Assembly (NCBI GenBank): GCA_040954595.2
Contig: CM082590.2
Coordinates: 5,766,001 to 5,830,000, forward strand
DNA length: 64,000 nucleotides
Source: Balanoglossus misakiensis
Taxonomy: Eukaryota > Animalia > Hemichordata
Direction: 5' to 3'
In this document: piece after piece, positions 46,401 through 64,000 of the stretch
Layout of the letters: every line of letters starts with the position of its first letter
How positions within the stretch are numbered: the first letter of the stretch is position 1
Notes under the pieces: model-generated
Told to the model about the DNA's origin: nothing
Database searches by the model: none
What the model saw: only the letters and a program-made list of their open reading frames with translations
Position numbers and translations under genes: made by a program

Positions 46401-49400
46401 ATACAAGACACCGTTTATGTCACTATACATGTGGATATATAGTGAATCAACATTCGATCACACACACCTCCCAGGACAAAGTCTCTCTCTTGCTGCCCTT
46501 TTTCCATTAATTATGTTTGATACAAGACTCTGTTTATGTTATTCTACATGTGGATATATAGTGAATCAATGTTCGAACACACACAACTTCCATCCCACTT
46601 GTAGACACTAGAGTGAAAAACTGAATAATCAGTGTTTACCATTTATTCATTTTGGGCGAGTTTTTACTCTCATATCCTACAAACGGGATGGAAGTTGTGT
46701 GTGGTTGAACTTTCATTCACTATATATACACATGTAGAATAACATAAACAGTGTCTTGTATAAAATATAATTAATGGGAAAAGGGCAGCGAGAGAGAGAG
46801 ACTTTGTCCCTTTAAGAAAAAAAATAGCACATAGGTATTTAAAGGGACTTGACACTCTAAAGAGATACGACACGTACCCAATAGCATTAGGGTTAAAGGT
46901 ATACAGTCACCTCCAATTTACATACGCCCATATATAGCTGAAATGGAGTATTTGTGCGTTCTAAAGAACATATGGTGGTGCTCTTTTTTTCGCATGTGCC
47001 ACCCACTGAAAATCTGTGATTGGCTAGATCTCACTTTGCTATGGTAACTATAGCTTATTTTCCATGGGTGACTGTGTACCTTTAAAGCAATACTTACTGT
47101 ATTTTGTAGACAGAGTCCTTTGAACTGCTTGAATTTCTTCCGTGTGAGTAACTGTCCTTTGCCAATAGAAGAGCGGATTTTTCCACTAACTGTCAAAAAA
47201 AAAAAATAGTGTTCATTAGTGTTTATACACCATGCCTCAAAGCCTCTAGAGCTGCCACTTATGGCATTATTTTCATGATATTATTTTCAAACTTCAATTG
47301 GTCCATCTAAATAAGCTTACTGATAGGTTAGACTCTCTCACAGCCCCCGGTTCACTACAAGGCTCTTCAATGATGCGCCCTCAACCGTTCAGCAAAGGAG
47401 AAGCCCCATATGGTGTTGTGTAGCTAACCTCTCACCGGGCACACATGCAATCAGTCCATAAGCCTGCATGGACGACGAGAGGGGCTGTGAGAGAGTCTAT
47501 CAGTCCATTAGACTCTCTCACAGCCCACGGTTCACTACAAGGCTCTTCACTGACGCGCCCTCAACTGTTTAGCAAGGGAGAAGCCCCATATGGTGTTGTG
47601 TAGCGAACCTCTCGCCGGGCACACATGCAATCAGTCCTTAAGCCTGCATGGACGACGAGAGGGGCTGTGAGAGAGTCTAACTGATTGGTATACATGAACA
47701 CCTTATCGATGCCCGATTGTGACTGCATGTTGCAATTTGAACACGCTATGTATTAAACAGGTGCCACACCAATTTAATCAGCATCCATACAAACAGTATT
47801 CAGCTATCATGGTATGCGTCGAGTTGAAAAACTGAACTGCAAATATTATGGCTTAATGGTGAGGATTTTATAGGATAGGGAATATATTTGAAGTATTTTA
47901 TTGTGGAAAAAAATATGTGAAATTTGGCAGCTATAGGGGCTTCAAGGAAAAAGGTGGACAAATTTGACTAATTTTGTTACCATATGAGAAAAAGAATCTC
48001 ACACACCAAGGATCTGGGATCATATTTCTCACACTCGTCGGGGATATTTTTTTCCCCAAAAATCCCCAACTCGTGTGAGATATATGATCCCAGGTCCTTG
48101 GGAGTGTGGGATTCTATTAAAGGGACAAAGTCTCTCTCGCTGCCCTTTTTCCATTAATTATGTTTGATACAAGACACCGTTTGTGTTTTATTTTACATGT
48201 GGATATATAGTGAATCAATGTTCGACCACACACAACTTCCATCCCACTTGTAAACACAAGAGTGAAAAACTCGCCAAAATGAATAATCAGTCTCTACCTT
48301 CTATTCATTTTGACCAGATGCTTACTCTCATATCCTATAAATGGGATGGAAGTTGTGTGTGGTCGAACGTTGATTCACTACATATCCACATGTAGAATAA
48401 CATAAACGGTGTCTTGTATCAAACATAATTAATGGAAAAAGGGCAGCGAGAGAGACTTTGTCCCTTTAATCTTTACCAAAAAGAGAAACTGCAAAAATCA
48501 CTCACCCTCCTCCGACAGTTCATTCCGGTGCAAGTCCTCTTCAGCATCTTGGCAAAGTTTGTTAAGTCTCTCCTCCTCTGAAGTCACCACTTTCATGAAG
48601 AAGTGGCCATCTTTGTCCTCTTTCGGCGACTTGACAAGATTCCTCGGTTTGTGCGAGCTATCCACCTCGTCGAGTACCTCGTTTCCTTGTGTGTCAGATT
48701 CGGGTAACGTCGGGCTTGTTTTGGGAGTCGTGTCCGTGGGAGATGTCCTTTTCACGAGAACTACAGGTGAAGATTTTTTCTCTAGGGGGCTCGTTGGGGA
48801 TGTACGCTTCTCTACAGAGCTTAAAGACAACGTTTTCTTCTCGGTAGAACTTGACAAGGTCTTATTCTCCAAACCGACGCTACTTGAAGTTTTCCGTTCG
48901 ACAGACGCAGTCGGCGAGGATCTCTTGTCTGTGAGACCGGTCGGAGAGGCCCTCTTCTTGGGCACCTTCACGTCGGGCTTGACCGGGACGGGTGGGGGTG
49001 TCCGTCTTTTTGCTGTTGTACTTTTACCGGGAAAGTGTTTGAATGTTCCGCTCAGTTTATCATCGGATTTCCGCAGGTTTGAAGGCGGGGCCGACTTCGA
49101 CGTCGGGGAGCGAGCGAGCGATTGCGACTTCGACGTCGGCGAGCTACGCAGATTTGATGTGGATGGCACCGATAACGTGGTTGCCCCTGTGAGTGAGGAC
49201 GTCTTCAATGTCGGCGAGCTACGCAGATTTGATGTGGATGGCACTGATAACGTGGTTGCCCCTGTGAGTGAGGACGTCTTCAATGTCGGCGAGTTGCGAA
49301 GACCGGCAGTGGACGAGGCAGACAACGTCCTCCGTGAGCCGTCACCCTTGCCTGGCACTGACGAGTGACCGACTAAATTCCGATTGGAAGCGATGAAGTC

Positions 49401-50870
49401 CTTCCGCACCGACGTTTTGGGTCTTGTCGCCATACCGACAGAATTGGACGACGCCTCTCTCCGGGTCGGCGTCGGTGGCAACGTCCGTCTACTCGGCTCC
49501 TGGGCGCCGTTCTTTTTCGTCGGTTCCTCGCTGCTGGTCACGTTGCCTAGCAACATGGCTTTCCTCTCAGCAACGAGCGATTTTCGTTTCCCTGACGTTT
49601 TCCTCTGTATGGGCTGATCGTCCGGTTGCTTGGGCGACCATTTTTCCTTCTCGTTGGCCGTTTTGGCTTCCCACGCTGCTTTCTTCTGCTGCACACTGAC
49701 ACCCTTATCCCCGTTCTGTTGTAACAACACACTGGGACCGACACTACGACTACGCACACTCTTCCCGCTGGCCGATCTTCGATACGTCCCTTTTGGGGGC
49801 GACATACTTCCTGTACGCACGTGCTGCTCCTGCTGGGAGCTTTGTGCGCGACTCTCTCGCGAAGAAGTTCTTGTCGCTTGAGTCGGTGACGACGTTTTCC
49901 TCGCACTTCCCGCCGATCGGATCTTTCCCGCCCCCTCGGCGCTATTCCTGGAAGAGTAGGCGTTTCCGGACTTGGAATGATCTCTGGGCGGCGGACTTCC
50001 GGCGTCTTTGCCGCCCAGGGTAATCTCCACCGTTGTCGTGTACTTGGAACATTTCCTGGTGGCTCCGGGAGACGTGGATCCCAACGACTGTCGGCTGCCG
50101 GTTGGCGGCAAACCACTCCGGCTCTGACCGTTCCCGGATCGCGGTCCTCCGTTCTCGCTGCAGGTTTTCTTGGCGGCCATCTTGGAGTGCCTCCGGGCGC
50201 GGTCCTCGGCCGGACTGGCGACTTCGCCGCCCTTCTTGCCGGCCGAGGGACCGACCTGGAACATGGCGCTCTCCGCCGACCTGTTGCCGGTTCTCTGTGC
50301 ACACACCACGCTTCCATTGTGGTTGATCTCCGCATCGTTCGTGTCGCGGCGAATCTCATTATCGGTCGGGCACTTTGGCGCCCTCTGAACCTCGTTGCCA
50401 GTTCCACATTTGACCCTCTCCGCACACTCTGTGTCATCATCATCATCATCATCAGACTCGTCCGCATACTTGAAATTCAATTTCTTCTCCCAATCCGTCT
50501 TCTCCGACCGACAGTCATCATTCCCGTCCTCCTCCTCCTCCTCCTCATACGTCAACTCCCACTCTTTCATTCCGTTCTCCTCGTGGTCACAGCACATCAA
50601 TCTCCACTCCTTCTCCCCAAATTTTTCCATGGTGTACTTGTCGTTCACACAGTCGTCAACAACCTGCGTTTGTTCCTGTCGTCGAAACTGCCTCGCTAGA
50701 TGTTCATTGTAGTCCACGATGGACGAAAACTCTTCCCCGAACAGTTCCTTGGGCGATTTCATACACAGGTTCTCATCCAAAAGTTTATTATTATTCTCTT
50801 GATTGGCTGCAGATCTGCTGCTATCTATATCTACAGAATCATCTAACACTGGTCTGGCTCTTTCTTCCAT
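43257..50870 (-). CDS. DLGAP: DLGAP/SAPAP/GKAP-family protein (vulcan-like); exons 50870-48506, 47189-47098, 45192-45022, 43472-43257
   Basis: GKAP homology domain: DGHFFMKVV..EEERL..LC, GKIRSSIGKGQLL..KKFKQF.GLC, DLAGFWDMVMIQVEDV..MFDEI..LKQNGW, EARKRLMAAK. Splice phases are compatible (1,0,0). The start (ATG at 50870) is uncertain. Confidence 0.88.
43500..43765. repeat. ~61-bp tandem repeat, about 4 copies
   Basis: cacattttatgcaaagtagggttatagtttgtaac repeated. Confidence 0.9.
45022..45192 (-). CDS. DLGAP: DLGAP exon (GKAP domain core)
   Basis: aacctag|...|gtaagt, 171 nt, DLAGFWDM. Confidence 0.92.
46349..46815. mobile_element. Kolobok-like MITE family 1 with internal duplication
   Basis: TTAA-AGGGACAAAG ... 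GTCCCT-TTAA. Confidence 0.8.
47098..47189 (-). CDS. DLGAP: DLGAP exon
   Basis: ttttgacag|...|gtaagt, 92 nt, SGKIRSSIGKGQLL. Confidence 0.92.
47329..47679. mobile_element. Tandem pair of ~171-bp MITEs
   Basis: Each copy runs TAGACTCTCTCACAGCCC ... GGGCTGTGAGAGAGTCTA. Confidence 0.75.
47993..48115. repeat. Imperfect foldback palindrome (MITE-like)
   Basis: agaatctcacacaccaaggatctgggatcatat ... atatgatcccaggtccttgggagtgtgggattct. Confidence 0.7.
48117..48469. mobile_element. Kolobok-like MITE family 1
   Basis: TTAA TSD and long TIRs. Confidence 0.85.
48506..50870 (-). CDS. DLGAP: DLGAP large exon (acidic, then Ser/Thr/Lys-rich disordered region, start of GKAP domain)
   Basis: About 790 open codons; donor g|gtgagt at 48505; candidate acceptors at 50887 and 50871. 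Confidence 0.88.
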
Positions 50871-50989
50871 TCTGAAGTAACTTACATCTGTCAAAACAAC
50901 GAAAGAAAAATAAGGACCATCAGTGTACACGTCCATGCTGTGATGGATAATACATGATGACATACAAGTTGACATTGGCATTGAATAGG

Positions 50990-51355
50990 TTAAAGGGACA
51001 AAGTCTCTTTCTCTCTCACTGCATTTTTTCCATTAATTATGTTTGATACAAGACACCGTTTAATGTTATTCTACATGTGGATATATAGAGAATGAACATT
51101 CAACGACACACAACTTCCATCCCGTTTGTAGGATATGAGTATGAGAGTAAAAATCTCACCAAAATGAATAAATGGTAAAGACTGATTATTCATTTTGGAG
51201 AGTTTTTCACTCTCGTGTCTACAAGTGGGACGGAAGTTTTGTGTGGTTAAACGTTGATTCACTATATATCCACATGTAGAATAACATAAACGGTGTCTTG
51301 TATCAAACATAATTAATGGAAAAAATGCAGTGAGAGAGAGACTTTGTCCCTTTAA
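50990..51355. mobile_element. Kolobok-like MITE family 1, abutting a family-2 element at a shared TTAA
   Basis: TTAA-AGGGAC ... GTCCCT-TTAA-GGATGTACG. Confidence 0.85.
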
Positions 51356-51789
51356 GGATGTACGTTCATCAAAATTGAAAGTATTGTCATTTCTTTTTGG
51401 ATTATCCTGAGATGTATAATGAAAATCTGTGATAAAATATAGGGGTCACCGCGCTGGTTTTTGAAATACAGAGCCATGAATTTAGTCGATAATAGAAGAA
51501 TACTGCTGACTCAGCATTTTTCACCAATGATTTGTCCATGGGCAAAAAAAATTAACGCACTTTTTCTCGAAATAGAGCTTTTTCTTGTAATTGTGGATTT
51601 TTGGATTCTCCATATGTATAATGAAATTGTTTTCGAAACACAAGGACGGAATTTTGTCATAATTGAAGAAAACTCACCATTTTTGGCTGGTGATTTGTCT
51701 ATTGTCAAACCTGTCTATATTGGCCAGTCAAGGGACTTTCCAAAACTGGCCTTTACAGAAAGGTCAATTAATGCACATGTAAATTACAT

Positions 51790-52210
51790 AGGGACTGTAA
51801 CAAAGTGGCCACTATATACAGGTGGCCACTAACACAGGTTTGACTGTACATGTAAATTGCACAGGGACTGTAACAAAGTGGCCACTATATAGAGGTGGCC
51901 ACTAACACAGGTTTGACTGTACATGTAAATTGCACAGGGACTGTAACAAAGTGGCCACTATATAGAGGTGGCCACTAACACAGGTTTGACTGTACATGTG
52001 AATTGCACAGGGACTGTAACAAAGTGGCCACTATATAGAGGTGGCCACTAACACAGGTTTGACTGTACATGTGAATTGCACAGGGACTGTAACAAAGTGG
52101 CCACTATATAGAGGTGGCCACTAACACAGGTTTGACTGTACATGTGAATTGCACAGGGACTGTAACAAAGTGGCCACTATATAGAGGTGGCCACTAACAC
52201 AGGAGGGACT
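51790..52210. repeat. 73-bp tandem array, about 6 copies, derived from a MITE end
   Basis: agggactgtaac at 51790, 51863, 51936...; each unit contains aggtttgac, the inverse of gtcaaacct at ~51704. Confidence 0.9.
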
Positions 52211-52228
52211 GTAACTGTTTGTACTTAC

Positions 52229-58761
<6,533 letters not shown>

Positions 58762-59319
58762 ATTTAAATGTTGGCGGATAAGATTCATTGTGTCGTCCTG
58801 ATTGTCACAACCACAGACTACCGGCTACAAAGTCATACCCATATGTCTTATCCTCTTGAAGGCTACCATTTCTATACCATCACAGCCAATACCAGCAAAT
58901 CTGTGAAATTACCATATAAAAAGTCTGCAGTGAGGTTTGCGCTGGTTATGGGAGGACAATATTCTCATCAAGGGGGGGGGGGGGACACCAACGCGATGAC
59001 CCCCTCACTTTACTAGCTAAATTTCATGATGACCCAGAATCACCTTTCATTTCAAATCAAAAAGTTCATCTGTGTGGTAGCTGTCAAATACATTATCTTC
59101 AATAATAACAAAGCTCTTCTATTTGCATATCTGGCGCTTTTTTTCCCATGATTCAAATTACAGTAAACGCCACATTGGAAATTCTGCCAACTTTCCCTCG
59201 ATTTTGTAAAAAATCGTGCGACTTATACATGGCGAATATGTTTTTTTTTTCTGAAAGAGTGACCTCAAAGCTATAAAATTATGTAGAAATCAGCTAGGCC
59301 GGATTTCCCCTTTAATGTA

Positions 59320-59580
59320 CAGTGTTTCATCCAAGATGGCATCAACAGGGCAGGGGGGATAGGTCCCCCCATTGCCAGAATATTTTTTTTTCGAGGGAGG
59401 GGGGGGGGGTCCGCTTTGGCAAGGGGGAATGTAATATATCCAACATGTGAGTCACATCACTTTAAGGGGTGCTGGTCCCCCCCCCCCCCCGGGACAATGT
59501 CCAACGGGGTGCCAATATGTCAACAGGGGGTGAATCCCCCACCCCACCCCACCCCAGCCAGGAGCCAGGATGAAACACTG
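59320..59580. mobile_element. hAT-like MITE
   Basis: CAGTGTTTCATCC ... GGATGAAACACTG. Confidence 0.7.
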
Positions 59581-59583
59581 TAA

Positions 59584-59839
59584 AGGCTGCCGCACACGAG
59601 AGAAATCAGCTGAGCAAAAAGTCATTCGAGGAATTTTGCTCAGCAATTTTCCTTCCGTGTGCGGCCGATTTTTCCTGATCTTTTTACTTTTGCGCCGCGG
59701 ATCACGATATTCAACATGTTTGATATTTTTTTCCTCGCGAGGAAAATTACTCAAGACCACCGCACACGAGAGAAACTTGCTGAGCAAAATTCCTCGAATG
59801 GCGTTTTGCTCAGCTGATTTCTCTCGTGTGCGGCAGCCT
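59584..59839. mobile_element. PIF/Harbinger-like palindromic MITE
   Basis: AGGCTGCCGCACACGAGAGAAATCAGCTGAGCAAAA TIRs with TWA flanks. Confidence 0.8.
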
Positions 59840-60382
59840 TTAGTATGCACATAGATGAAGCTAAATACACTATAGAACTCATATTGCAATCTTGTTTAAA
59901 TATTTATGATACTGCAATGCATTGTTTTGTAGTGGGACTTTTACAAACATTGTGAAATTCTACGAACTCTGTCCTAAATACCGCGTTTTAATGGACAGTG
60001 GTTTTGTTTCTGGGACGTGTGATGACCTGGTCGCTGGTTTGGACATACCACTCAGGCCACAACTTGGTGACCTCTGGACTGACAGGACAAACAAACGCTG
60101 AGTTGAAGGCAAAGCTCCTTTGTTTACCAACACCACCCCAATCGCCATAGCTGGCTGTATGTTTTACTGTATCGTCACCAGGCAGTTTTCCAACGACGAT
60201 GGAAACATCCAAACATGTGCCACACCACTGTGTGTGAAAACCCGACAATCAGGAAATCGGGGCGATGCATAGACCAGCTGTTTGGGGGCAGGGGTGGGTC
60301 TGCGTTCGAGGAAGACATTGTCAGGACATGTCCCATCATGGACCGTTCACCTCTCACGTGGCACAGAAGCAACTAAACTTAC

Positions 60383-60730
60383 CTGGTTTACACTAACTCT
60401 TGTAACTTATGTTGTGGGGGAAGACGGTCCGATCTTGCGTCCAAATCTTTACCGATCCACGAAAACAGAGATCGAGATCCGCAATGTTATACAAAATGAA
60501 GTCTTCAAGAAACCGTGTAAGTTTTGACCCCTTTGAGTGCTGTATCGTAACGTAGATGGCGCACTTTGGGATGGGGCATTGTCATGCAAATTGCACGATC
60601 TGACCCCACCTTTATCTGACCCTGAAACTTTTTAGAGCTTCATAAACCGGAAGTACGAATAACGATGCAAAATATACGAAATCTATGAAAATTGCGAGAA
60701 TCACGCAAGAACGTTAACTATGACGTCATT
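60383..60730 (-). promoter_or_regulatory. Probable CDK4/6 promoter and non-coding first exon
   Basis: Donor cag|gtaagt at 60382; YY1-like CGCCATCT (60554-60561), ETS CCGGAAGT (60647-60654), CRE TGACGTCA (60721-60728); CpG-enriched. Confidence 0.5.
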
Positions 60731-60961
60731 CTTCTACACGACGGCGGCTAAAGATATAAAAAAAATTGCAAAATAAAAAAAATTCCCTACCTACCTACCC
60801 TAGTTTTGAAAACCATGTAATCGGAACAGCACATATTTTTTTATTCCGTTCAGTGTTTGCGTGAATTGTATCTCAAAACCTTTCCGGATGTGTAAGACAT
60901 CCTGTACAATTAATATTTTGTGATTATGATGATGATTTACGGAGCTGCATTGTAGCAGGTG

Positions 60962-61054
60962 TAGCTCTGGACTTATGCGCTGTTTGGGTCTACGCTGCTC
61001 TCCGTGGGGGACGGAGAGCAGCGTAGACCCAAACAGCGCATAAGTCCAGAGCTA
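60962..61054. mobile_element. 93-bp perfect foldback element with 9-bp TSD (Mutator-like MITE)
   Basis: 44-bp perfect arms, GGGGG loop, TAGCAGGTG at 60953-60961 and 61055-61063. Confidence 0.88.
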
Positions 61055-62178
61055 TAGCAGGTGCTGCTAGGTTTTACGACAAAAAGACGATGGATTTTCT
61101 TTGGAGATCGAGTAAACACCCTTGGGGGGGGGGGCATTCGATGTAGACCTGGTACAGCTGTACTCTTAGACTTGCTCCAAGTCTATGGGCTTCATTGTTT
61201 CATTATAAATACAAATTAAATGTACATATGTTTCGAGTCTCTCTATGTTTAGCGTGTGTGGAGTAAACGTCAGCGAGTACGTGCGCGTATGTGTACGTGT
61301 AGGCATGGACGTCTTTTTGACGTGGAACCGTGAGCTCAGTCCCAAATTCGAAACTAAACTCACATTCAAAAACATGCTTAAAGCAAGCACGCACGAAAAA
61401 AGTATTGAAAATATTTATTAAGACAAAAAAAACACCGAAAACACAAAAAGTATTGTGATTTAAAAATCAAGCGACTAGTGGGCTAGTCTACTAGTGTACT
61501 CTATCAAAGTCGGGCTTCAGAAGTTGTCGTTCAGTTTTTAAAAAGTGGTGAAAAGACTTCATTTTATCCAAAATTGTCAAAAGTCTGGACGAGGCAAAAA
61601 AGTGGGAGCCCCATATTGTAGTCTGCCCCCCCCCCCCCGGTCCCATTTATTTCTAGTTTCGCGTTTCCTCCGAAACCACGTGACAAGACGACGCCATCTT
61701 TGGATCTAAATCAACCACATGGATTTATTCAGGGAAAGTAGCTGGATACTATTACTAATATAATAGAAACTAAATAAGTTTTGTTGTCAAATTCTGATTT
61801 TTCCCTTAACAACAAGATTCTCTAACCGGAACATTCTGGTTTTTCTTTGCAGCGTAAACACCCCGGGGGAGACTCAGCTGTAAAAACTCAAAAACACAAA
61901 CTCAATTGTCGGTCAAAATCCGGCTTCAAAAGTCGTCCTTCAGTTCAATACTGGTCAAAAGACTTCATTCTATCCAAAATCGGTGTGTCAAAAGTCTAGA
62001 CGAGGCCTTAAAGTGAGTGCCCCACCTGGGTTCAAAATTAGTAGTCTGTTCCCCCCTGTCCCTCATTTATTTGAAGTAGCCCATTTCCTCCTAAATCACG
62101 TGACAAGACGACGCCATCTTGGAACCAAAGGACTTTCACTTGTGGGGTTATATAACTGGACGTTCGAACAAAAGACGG

Positions 62179-62950
62179 CAGGCCTCGATAATTCCTATCG
62201 CCCGACGCCCGTGGCAAGTGTATTTTTAGCCCGGACAAGTGAAAAATAAAAGTCTTTTGTCCGACGGGCAAGTGACCTTTACCCTGTACTAAACTTGCGA
62301 GATCGTGGTTTACACCATGGTGATTACTTGTACCGTCTGCCAAGTACAATGGATGACCTTACGACCTTTATCTACAAAGTTGCAAACTTAGTTTATGGAC
62401 GCGACGCATTTGACTTAGATACATTTTAGTTTTTACCTACAACATTGTAACATGCTGATGGCCTATGAGACTAGGGCCTATGCTTAAACAGCTGCTTCTG
62501 AAACCATGCTGAAACTGACTGATCGCCACCATAGGTATCAGCAGTCCTAGGTTTTGTTGAAAAGACATCTTCTGATGGGAGTTTCAATATAGATTTCACT
62601 GCATATTTCTGGATTTAGACTGGGTTAAGACAGTATTATTCCTATTGCATGCTTACATCAAAGGGTCACACACATGCCCATTCAAGGAGGGGCATTTTAT
62701 TTTTCAATTCAAATATGTCTTGGATTTATAGAATTTTTTGACATATTGCCACTTTTTAGCTTGGAAATTCTTATGAATTTTTCAAAGGCCAATATTGCAG
62801 TATTGCACATGCACGCCGAAATACACATACTGTATGCATATGAAAAAATTGTCAAATTGAAGGGCAAGTGTAATTTTCTGAAGGACAAGTGAAATTGTAA
62901 AGTCACTTGCCCTGTGGCAAGTGACTTTGTGAAAAATTTTTCGAGGCCTG
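62179..62950. mobile_element. hAT-like MITE with 6-bp TSD
   Basis: CAGGCCTCGA ... TCGAGGCCTG; AGACGG on both sides; subterminal g(g/a)caagtg repeats. Confidence 0.7.
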
Positions 62951-64000
62951 AGACGGGTGCTAAATGATGTAATTTGTGAATGAATGCCAAGGCCAATGTA
63001 AATGACATAACAATGGCTTCCCAGGAAGATAAAGATCCAGAGGTAAGTGACCCTTGAACTGAACGGGCAACAGTGTCTGAGTTTGTAGAATATTCCGTCT
63101 CTGGTCATGGACGCCCATAATCTAATCAACAGGTGTTTCAGAATAAATATCCGTCTGCTGAGATTATTCATGTTTCGGGTGGACTGAAACGTTTGAAGGA
63201 CAAAATTTACAAATTACCGCTCGGACAGAAAGTGTCACAGCAGTTGTAAAAAATTGACAAATTGTCGATGAAATTCAACACTGCACACAACAACTTGTAG
63301 ACACGGCAATATATGTGGGCTCCTATCACAGGGGCCTCTCCCTCCGCGATTTTGTATTTGTTTATTATGCCAAAAATCATCAACAACAACAACGACAAAC
63401 AAACAAAATCGCGGAGGGAGATGCCCCTGTGCTCCAATTGCAAGTCAGCTCCAACCAGCTCTGTGCTATGCGTGTATTGTATCCCTAAAATGTTTGTCTA
63501 CACGCGAAGCTCTGATTTGTTCTGCATGACAATGACTGTCCAAACATGTGTGGAATTCAGTCAGTCAATCCGTGAGTTCTGAGTGAGGTGTCTGTGTGGA
63601 TCGAGAGACTGTGGGTGGGGCACACAACTTGTAACAATTAACATCACGGAAAGTCCCGAAACTGTTCGTTGTTTGTGCTGGACGTACAAAGATTTGACTC
63701 GTAATAAACTGCTCGTCATATTTTATCATCACAATCAATCGTTTTCAATCTATGTCTGTATTACTGTATAGTCAATCATTCCAGAGTCTGATTAGCATCT
63801 CTACAGTGGCTCACTCCACATAGAGATACCAATTACCATATCAAAAGACAATGACCTTTCTGACCTGTACGCAAGTTCATTCAAGGTGACACAAATGTCG
63901 ATTGTAAGCGAAGGGTGTTTCAGCCGCACTCAGTTTAATGTCATGCTAACCTTTAATCACTTTGTTTTTGTAGCAGTGATAGAAAATTATTCATATCATT

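Noticed and set aside
48559-50712. Long antisense and alternate-frame ORFs over the DLGAP large exon
   Set aside because: Shadow ORFs of a GC-rich, low-complexity coding exon; no motifs.

Overview
Repeat-rich, intron-containing animal genomic DNA. A marine invertebrate, possibly a deuterostome, is inferred from gene and TE content only. Three protein-coding genes can be rebuilt from splice sites. (1) On the + strand, 3468-28503, a DAPK1-like ROCO gene (ankyrin repeats-ROC GTPase-COR-death domain) whose 5' end lies left of the window. Each ankyrin repeat sits on its own phase-0 exon. The exons arose by local duplication and have diverged almost only by amino-acid-changing substitutions at the ankyrin binding-surface positions, while the flanking introns stay about 95% identical, which suggests a diversifying, DARPin-like innate immune receptor. 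An apparently intact 6.8-kb DIRS tyrosine-recombinase retrotransposon (19405-26208) lies in one of its introns. (2) On the - strand, 50870-43257, a DLGAP/SAPAP/GKAP-family gene. (3) On the - strand, 58761-52229, a CDK4/6 gene with five clean coding exons. I could not find its last two kinase exons anywhere in the window, and its last visible exon can splice in frame onto the large DLGAP exon, so this is either a chimeric gene or a nested arrangement. The remainder is satellites (225, 142, 196, 122, 73, 61 and 44 bp units), LINE fragments, a hAT fragment and many MITEs. All comparisons were made by eye; no searches were run.
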